NCBI GenBank assembly: GCA_016866975.1
Contig: VGKP01000018.1
Span: forward strand, 1 to 11,523
Source: Candidatus Pacearchaeota archaeon
GTDB taxonomy: Archaea; Nanobdellota; Nanobdellia; Pacearchaeales; GW2011-AR1
DNA: 11,523 nucleotides
Reading direction: 5' to 3'
Shown: positions 6,439 through 11,523 of the stretch, piece by piece
How positions within the stretch are numbered: the first letter of the stretch is position 1
Layout of the letters: each line of letters starts with the position of its first letter
Notes under the pieces: generated by a model
Told to the model about the DNA's origin: nothing
What the model saw: the letters and a program-made list of their open reading frames with translations, nothing else
Database searches by the model: none
Made by a program: the position numbers and the translations under genes

Positions 6439-7614
6439 GTGAGCAAAGGGTTTGGTATATCCGGTTTTGTTCTGGGCATTCTCAGTGTTCTTGGATTTTT
6501 TGTATTTTTCCTCTCTTTGCCCATGGCCATCTTAGGCCTTATCTTTTCTATATTGCAGCTAAGGGAAAACAAGACAGGATTGGCTATTGCAGGCTTAATT
6601 TTGTCAATAATAGGAATAATCGCTTCAAGTGTGATTATCTTCTTATTCACTGTCGGATCTATTTTTGACGAAGCTGGAAAGACTCTGCTGAAGGCAGAGA
6701 GGTCCATAGTCTTGATTAAGACGAATGTGGATTACATTTCGAAGGAAGGAGTAAAAATAAAGGGCGCAGTAGGGGGAGGCTCAGGAGTCATATATTCAGA
6801 GTCTGGTGGAAAGACTTACATTCTGACTAATAGGCACGTTATAGATTGCAAGTATATACACGAATGTTGGGGGATTTCTAATCAGACAATCCGTGTGATG
6901 ATGTTTGACGGTAAGATATACCCTGTGTTGAATACTTACATATCTCCAAACAAAATAGATGTAGCTATTCTTGAGATAGCAAAGCCCTCTGATGGTAACT
7001 ATGCTGTGCCTGAGATAAGAAATTCAAGTAAGAAACTAGAGAAAGTTTTTGCAATAGGATATCCATCATTCTCCGTCAATGCTCGCGAATATAGCAAGGA
7101 GATTGGTAAGATTACTGGATTCAGGGACTTGATTACAGACGATGGGATATCCTTCAAGGTAATAGATTCTGACGCGTTTATCACATTTGGGAGCAGCGGA
7201 GGTGGATTGTTCGACTCAAAAGGAAGATTGTTGGGAATAACTACTTGGGGAAATCTACACCACTCCTATGCTATAAGTATGGAGAGTATAAGGTCTAAGG
7301 AAGATTTTCAGACATGTGGTCCTCAGTCTTACCTTACAGATGAAGGATGTACACCATATTGTTCCGGGGCTATAACTGATGACTTGAGATGTACTATGCC
7401 TTGCACAGGATTCTATTGCAACATGACAAAGATAATCGGGGATGATAATAGATGCAATGATCCTTCACAAGTCTTGGGCGAGGATGGTAAATGTCACTAT
7501 GCTTGTGAGGGTAAGTATACCTATTGCGGCGGGCAGAATGAATACTGTTTCAGTGAAAAATGCACTTCCTGTCCATTTGGATATCGTCTTTACGACGATG
7601 GGTTGTGCAGGTAA
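6439..7614 (+). CDS. Trypsin-like serine protease with N-terminal DUF4190-like 2-TM anchor and C-terminal cysteine-rich repeat domain
   Basis: GFGISGFVLGILS...LAIAGLILSIIG (DUF4190-like). Triad motifs LTNRHV, DVAIL and FGSSGGGLF. The last ~100 aa contain 14 Cys. Confidence 0.85.
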   Translation: MSKGFGISGFVLGILSVLGFFVFFLSLPMAILGLIFSILQLRENKTGLAIAGLILSIIGIIASSVIIFLFTVGSIFDEAGKTLLKAERSIVLIKTNVDYISKEGVKIKGAVGGGSGVIYSESGGKTYILTNRHVIDCKYIHECWGISNQTIRVMMFDGKIYPVLNTYISPNKIDVAILEIAKPSDGNYAVPEIRNSSKKLEKVFAIGYPSFSVNAREYSKEIGKITGFRDLITDDGISFKVIDSDAFITFGSSGGGLFDSKGRLLGITTWGNLHHSYAISMESIRSKEDFQTCGPQSYLTDEGCTPYCSGAITDDLRCTMPCTGFYCNMTKIIGDDNRCNDPSQVLGEDGKCHYACEGKYTYCGGQNEYCFSEKCTSCPFGYRLYDDGLCR

Positions 7615-8012
7615 TGGGAAAAGTCAGTGGAAATGGATCTGTAAGGGCATTTCACTTTGCATCCATCATATTTGCCGTCTCAGGTATACTTTTATCATTA
7701 TACCTTAAGTTTATAGAAAAAGAAAACTTGATTTTATCAATATTAAGTTCGGTTTTATTCTTGACTATATTGATCTGGAGCATAGTTGCATTGGCATTGT
7801 TTATCAAGGAGAAGCGCCCTAAGAAAGTCCTGGTTCTCCCAATATATTATCTTGCATTTATGGTCATAATAATAATTGCCTCAATTATAATCGCTGCATC
7901 AGGGACATATTATGAGGCTACTGGACCGGGATGGACAATAATCTCAATTGTTTCATCTTTATTTGAAGGTTTATATGCATTATACATTCTCAGAATTTTT
8001 AAGGGGAGTTAA
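7614..8012 (+). CDS. Small polytopic membrane protein (132 aa, about 4 TM)
   Basis: The start is moved from 7560 to ATG 7614, which forms a TAATG overlap with the protease stop. Four hydrophobic segments. Confidence 0.75.
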   Translation: MGKVSGNGSVRAFHFASIIFAVSGILLSLYLKFIEKENLILSILSSVLFLTILIWSIVALALFIKEKRPKKVLVLPIYYLAFMVIIIIASIIIAASGTYYEATGPGWTIISIVSSLFEGLYALYILRIFKGS

Positions 8013-8044
8013 CAAGGGAACTCAGGTTCTCTTATAAGTAAAGC

Positions 8045-8052
8045 TTTAATAG
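8045..8052 (+). promoter_or_regulatory. Probable BRE/TATA (AAAGC-TTTAATAG) for the pilin-like operon
   Basis: 20 nt upstream of ATG 8073; resembles AAAAGCTTTAAATA at 11021-11034. Confidence 0.4.
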
Positions 8053-8072
8053 TATATTTAGCTGATTCATCA

Positions 8073-8570
8073 ATGATGAAAAGGGGTCAATTGCAGTTAT
8101 CTTTTGGGATGATATTCTCAATGATTATAATAGCAGTTACTTTATCTATCGCAGGCTACATGATATTTCAATTCATGAAATCTGGAGATACTATCCTCTG
8201 CGCTAAGTTCAAGGAGAAATTGCAAGATTCAATAGATGATGCGTGGAGAAGTGATGGGGCTAGTATAGATACAAGAAAGGAACCTTTGCCATCTCTTCCA
8301 GGAGGTGTCGATGAAGTCTGTTTCGGAAACTCAACACAACCTCTTTTATCTGCAAAGGACAGGGCGAATTTTGATGATTTGAAAGAATTTACTTATCCTT
8401 CCAGAAATCTATATATCTCTCCCCATACATCTTGCAAGGGAGAGTTCAGTTTTACTTTAAAACACATCACATCCAGAGGGTTCTTTTGCGTCCCAGTTAC
8501 TAATAACAAAATAGCAGTACTTATTTCTAAGGATTCGACGGAACCACTAGTCCGTCTGTCACCACTATGA
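8073..8570 (+). CDS. Type IV pilin-like protein (class III signal peptide)
   Basis: MMKRG|QLQLSFGMIFSMIIIAV: short basic leader, G|Q cleavage site, hydrophobic helix. 4 Cys in the soluble domain. Confidence 0.8.
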   Translation: MMKRGQLQLSFGMIFSMIIIAVTLSIAGYMIFQFMKSGDTILCAKFKEKLQDSIDDAWRSDGASIDTRKEPLPSLPGGVDEVCFGNSTQPLLSAKDRANFDDLKEFTYPSRNLYISPHTSCKGEFSFTLKHITSRGFFCVPVTNNKIAVLISKDSTEPLVRLSPL

Positions 8571-9517
8571 ATAAAAGAGGATGGGAATTTAGTTTTGGAT
8601 GGATATTTGCAATAATCGTTGGTGCGGCAATCTTATCACTAGGGCTTTACGCAGCATCAAAGATAGTAAAACAGGGCGAATATAAGGGAGACAGTCTATC
8701 TGCACGAGAGTTAGGTTTGCTGACAACTGCTCTGGAGACTGGTTTGGAAAGTGGAAAGACAGATAAAATTTCTTTTGATATTCCTACAAGAGTTGTCTTC
8801 GACTGTGACTTGCAGGGCTTTTATGGGGTACAAAAAATCTCTATTGGCCGCCCAGGTAAGGACACAGGTATTCCTAGCCAGTTTTCAGGAAAATATTTCT
8901 TTTCAGGTAAGGACTTTGTTGCAAAGGATATCTTAGTCTTAGGAAAGCCTTTTGATTATCCATTCAGAGTGGCAGACGTTTTGATATTATGGTCATCTGA
9001 TTCATCTTATTGTTTCCTCGATCCTCCAGAACAGATGGAAAAGGAGATTAAGTCTCTTGTCAAGGACAATCGCGCCATTAACTCAAGTCTACAGGTTTTG
9101 TCTTACGATAAGAAAGAAAGTTGTAAGAGGGGAAGTCAGAAAGTTTGCTTTGGAAAGGTTACTGGTTGCGACATCTCAGTTTATGAAAGCTTGATTAAGA
9201 AAGGCTCAAGGACGATTTATGTGGACTCTTCTCAGAATAACAATGTCTTCGTCTGGGCAGGCATCTTCTCAGATCCAGATGTATATGAATGCCAGTTTAA
9301 AAGATTGATGAAGCGAGCCTCGTCGCTGTCTTCTCTTTATCAGGAGAAATCAATACTCCTTAATGGTAAAGGGTGCACTTCTTCTTTGACAGGATCTCTC
9401 GAGTCATTTTCTCAGGCTACACGATTGTATAATTCCAGTTCTGATCTTGCAAAAATATCTTTTCTTTCACAGTCTTTAGGAGGTGAGAATGACAAGTTAT
9501 CTTGTCCGGTCTTCTAA
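8567..9517 (+). CDS. Large type IV pilin-like protein (class III signal peptide)
   Basis: MNKRG|WEFSFGWIFAIIVGAAIL. 8 Cys. ATGA overlap with the previous gene. Confidence 0.8.
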   Translation: MNKRGWEFSFGWIFAIIVGAAILSLGLYAASKIVKQGEYKGDSLSARELGLLTTALETGLESGKTDKISFDIPTRVVFDCDLQGFYGVQKISIGRPGKDTGIPSQFSGKYFFSGKDFVAKDILVLGKPFDYPFRVADVLILWSSDSSYCFLDPPEQMEKEIKSLVKDNRAINSSLQVLSYDKKESCKRGSQKVCFGKVTGCDISVYESLIKKGSRTIYVDSSQNNNVFVWAGIFSDPDVYECQFKRLMKRASSLSSLYQEKSILLNGKGCTSSLTGSLESFSQATRLYNSSSDLAKISFLSQSLGGENDKLSCPVF

Positions 9518-10016
9518 AGGGCAAATCAAGATACAGGAGATGGCATTCGTTCTTGTTGCCTTGATGATATTTTTCTCAGTAGCAATAATATTTTATATTT
9601 CACTGAACAGTGCAGATAGAAAAGATAAGGTTCTTGAGCAGAGGGAAAATGAGGTATTGGAAACATTGAGGAAACTTGCAGATAGCCCAGAGTTAAGATG
9701 GAGTGATTCTCATGAGGAATGCAATGGCTGCATAGACCTAGATAAAGCCATCCTACTTAAAGATCCTCAAAGGAACCAACAAGTCAGGGCTCTCTGGAAC
9801 ATGGGTGCACTATCATTGGAAGTTATATCGCCATCTAGGACAGGAGAATGTTCTATAGGGAACTATCCTTTATGCAAGACTATCACTCTCATTAATTCTA
9901 CGATAGGCTCACGCATTCAATATGAGGGAGCCTTCGTCTCTCTATGCTGGAGAGAGCAGCAATCTAGGATATGTGAGATAGGAAAAATAATCGGAAGTCC
10001 TAAGGAGTTAAGGTGA
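9489..10016 (+). CDS. Type IV pilin-like protein (class III signal peptide)
   Basis: ATG 9489 follows GGAGGTGA at 9479-9486 (archaeal SD). ...SSKG|QIKIQEMAFVLVALMIFF. 6 Cys including a CxxC. Confidence 0.8.
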   Translation: MTSYLVRSSKGQIKIQEMAFVLVALMIFFSVAIIFYISLNSADRKDKVLEQRENEVLETLRKLADSPELRWSDSHEECNGCIDLDKAILLKDPQRNQQVRALWNMGALSLEVISPSRTGECSIGNYPLCKTITLINSTIGSRIQYEGAFVSLCWREQQSRICEIGKIIGSPKELR

Positions 10017-10510
10017 AAAATTCAAAAGGTCAGGAAGAAGTTGTCGGATTTGTAGTGATAGTCGTACTAGTTGCAGTAGTGTTTGTACTTATGTTGGGAT
10101 TCTCTCCTAAAGAGCCAATTGTTAAAGAGAATGCCAGTAAAGACATAAGGCATTTCTTAGAGAGTCTAAGGGTATATACAACAGATTGTAGGTTATCCGA
10201 GCAAGTTCCATTGGAATATAAGGGATTGATAGGCTCCTGCTATAGTGGTCGGGTTTGTCTATCTGGCAAGAAAGCGTGTGATGTTTTGAACAGTACAACT
10301 AATGATATCTTGACAAAGTCATTTCCTAATGGAAAAGACTATCCTATTAAAGGAGTTCGCTTTAATATTTATTATAATGAATCTACAGGGTCAGAGAGTA
10401 ATATAGCTTCACTCTCTCAAGGTAATTGCTCAACAAGTCACAGGTCAGCAGAAGACTTCTTCCCTCTAGGACTAGGACAAGTCACTGTAAGCCTTAAGAT
10501 ATGTTATTAG
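10013..10510 (+). CDS. Type IV pilin-like protein (class III signal peptide)
   Basis: GTG start overlaps the previous stop (GTGA). MKNSKG|QEEVVGFVVIVVLVAVVFV. 6 Cys. Confidence 0.8.
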   Translation: MKNSKGQEEVVGFVVIVVLVAVVFVLMLGFSPKEPIVKENASKDIRHFLESLRVYTTDCRLSEQVPLEYKGLIGSCYSGRVCLSGKKACDVLNSTTNDILTKSFPNGKDYPIKGVRFNIYYNESTGSESNIASLSQGNCSTSHRSAEDFFPLGLGQVTVSLKICY

Positions 10511-10866
10511 ACGGATATTTTAATATTCAATGTGTCTATGACAACTACCGGTTTTATCCTCTCTCTTTTTCCAGTCTTTTCAAATATCAGCTCAATAAAC
10601 CCAAATCTCTCAAGCAATTTAAGGTCTTCATGGACTGCCTTAAAATCTCTTCCTAAAAGCTTGGCAAGATGATATAATGAGCCAGGTTTCTTTGTTTTTA
10701 GGGTATGGAGGATACGCGCCTTTTCATTGCTTAGTAGCTGCCTGAATGCAGAAATGCCTTCAAAGTCATAATTCTCTTTTTCTCCACTAAACTTCTTGAA
10801 GAAAATAGCAAAAGTGCCTCCTTCATCAGTTATAGTTATCTCTCTAGTTTTAGTTTTCGTCGACAT
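10507..10866 (-). CDS. HVO_A0114-like winged helix-turn-helix DNA-binding protein
   Basis: RQLLSNEKARILHTLKTKKPGSLYHLAKLLGRDFKAVHEDLKLLERFGFIEL followed by a wing (KTGKRERIKP); matches the recalled family pattern. Confidence 0.85.
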   Translation of the reverse strand: MSTKTKTREITITDEGGTFAIFFKKFSGEKENYDFEGISAFRQLLSNEKARILHTLKTKKPGSLYHLAKLLGRDFKAVHEDLKLLERFGFIELIFEKTGKRERIKPVVVIDTLNIKISV

Positions 10867-10884
10867 TTTATCTAATAGCTGTAC

Positions 10885-10982
10885 TTTATATACATATATA
10901 TTAGTAATATATTTAGTATATATATGTTTCTATATTACATATATGTTATTAAATAACATATATTGTAAATTAACATATAATG
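10885..10982. repeat. Very AT-rich array (about 11% GC) with six ACATATA copies and several inverted repeats; candidate operator
   Basis: ACATATA at 10892, 10937, 10956 and 10973 (+), and at 10921-10927 and 10940-10946 (-). 12-bp perfect inverted repeat 10939-10950/10952-10963. Confidence 0.65.
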
Positions 10983-11020
10983 AATCAAAAAAAGGTCGTG
11001 TCTTCCGATATAGTAGTATC

Positions 11021-11034
11021 AAAAGCTTTAAATA
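11021..11034 (+). promoter_or_regulatory. BRE+TATA AAAAGC-TTTAAATA, candidate distal S-layer promoter
   Basis: Close match to a strong archaeal promoter consensus, about 255 nt upstream of the S-layer ATG. Confidence 0.55.
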
Positions 11035-11082
11035 CCTTCAGCAAAGAGTTAAGAGTTTATTGCGAACATCTATTATCATGAA

Positions 11083-11099
11083 GAGAAAGTTTTTTAAAG
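11083..11099 (+). promoter_or_regulatory. BRE+TATA (GAGAAAG...TTTTAAAG), candidate proximal S-layer promoter
   Basis: Applying the 21-nt spacing seen elsewhere in the window predicts a start near 11120, where the first hairpin of the structured element begins. Confidence 0.5.
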
Positions 11100-11118
11100 C
11101 AACATATCTAAGATACTT

Positions 11119-11255
11119 TGCTCTTATTGTATCAATAAGGGCACTGGCCAAGATGATGTATCTTTGATACTGAAAACTTGTGTCAGAGCAACATGCTCGA
11201 CACGGCCAAGGCGGATTGCTTAGCAATCTCCTCTAAGAGGGATCTACGGATCGCC
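11119..11255 (+). ncRNA. Highly structured RNA element, probably the 5' leader of the S-layer mRNA
   Basis: Six hairpins and two closing helices found by eye (see findings), including a C(UACG)G tetraloop. No known RNA family recognised. Confidence 0.65.
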
Positions 11256-11272
11256 AATTCCACACAGATGAA

Positions 11273-11279
11273 AGGAGGT
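11273..11279 (+). promoter_or_regulatory. Shine-Dalgarno AGGAGGT
   Basis: 9 nt upstream of ATG 11289. Confidence 0.8.
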
Positions 11280-11288
11280 ATAAAAAAA

Positions 11289-11523
11289 ATGATGAATTTT
11301 AGAAAAATTGTATCGGTGCTGACGAGTGCAGCTATGCTCGGTTCAACAGTCGCATTGGCAACTGCAGCTAGTTATCCACAACCTTTCGTAAAGAATGGTA
11401 TGGCTGACGCTGCTGTTGTGTATGGTTCTTCTGCTGCAACAACAGACGTTGTCGCTGCTTTAGACATTCACAAGCAATTGACCAGTCAACTATTGAAAGA
11501 AGCTATAGTCACTCCAAGCAGTT
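11289..11523 (+). CDS. S-layer protein, N-terminal part (runs off window)
   Basis: Manual translation MMNFRKIVSVLTSAAMLGSTVALATAASYPQPFVKNGMADAAVVYGSSAATTDVVAALDI... shows a Sec signal peptide plus the YP.PFV..G..D.AVVYG..AA..D..AA.DI pattern of Methanococcus-type/DPANN S-layer N-domains. Confidence 0.88.
   Translation, partial: MMNFRKIVSVLTSAAMLGSTVALATAASYPQPFVKNGMADAAVVYGSSAATTDVVAALDIHKQLTSQLLKEAIVTPSS

Noticed and set aside
10885-10982. Replication origin (DUE/ORB) or CRISPR leader
   Set aside because: No cdc6/orc1 gene, no G-string ORB box and no regularly spaced 24-40 nt repeats in the window.
10796-11226. Track ORFs 10796-11167 (+) and 11038-11226 (-)
   Set aside because: They are translations of the AT-rich operator, promoters and structured leader, with Y/I-rich low-complexity composition and no credible start signals.
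11119-11255. tRNA, RNase P RNA, SRP RNA or hammerhead ribozyme as the identity of the structured element
   Set aside because: No T-loop (GTTCRA), D-loop or 7-bp acceptor stem; no GAGGAAAGUCC P4 signature on either strand; no SRP helix 8 motif recognised. GAUGAU...GAAA only loosely resembles the hammerhead core and lacks CUGANGA.

Overview
Gene-dense, AT-rich archaeal window. The S-layer N-terminus, the class III signal-peptide proteins, the HVO_A0114-like regulator and the reduced RNase J/Pop5 look like a DPANN archaeon, probably Pacearchaeota/Woesearchaeota; this is inferred from recalled family resemblance, not from a database search. The left part is housekeeping on the minus strand: a partial SpoIIM-like membrane protein, prefoldin alpha, and a coupled run of RNase J, a tail-anchored protein, a membrane protein and a HemK2 methyltransferase. 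The middle holds a bPH_2/YdbS-like gene interrupted by one in-frame TGA, divergent from a PDZ-less HtrA-like protease coupled to RNase P Pop5. The right part is a cell-surface block: a DUF4190-anchored trypsin-like protease with a 14-Cys tail, four coupled type IV pilin-like genes, a convergent winged-helix regulator with a very AT-rich repeat/palindrome array upstream, and the start of the S-layer gene. The most unusual signal is a roughly 140-nt, densely base-paired multi-junction RNA element (11119-11255) in front of the S-layer ribosome-binding site. No tRNA, rRNA, CRISPR array or transposase was seen.
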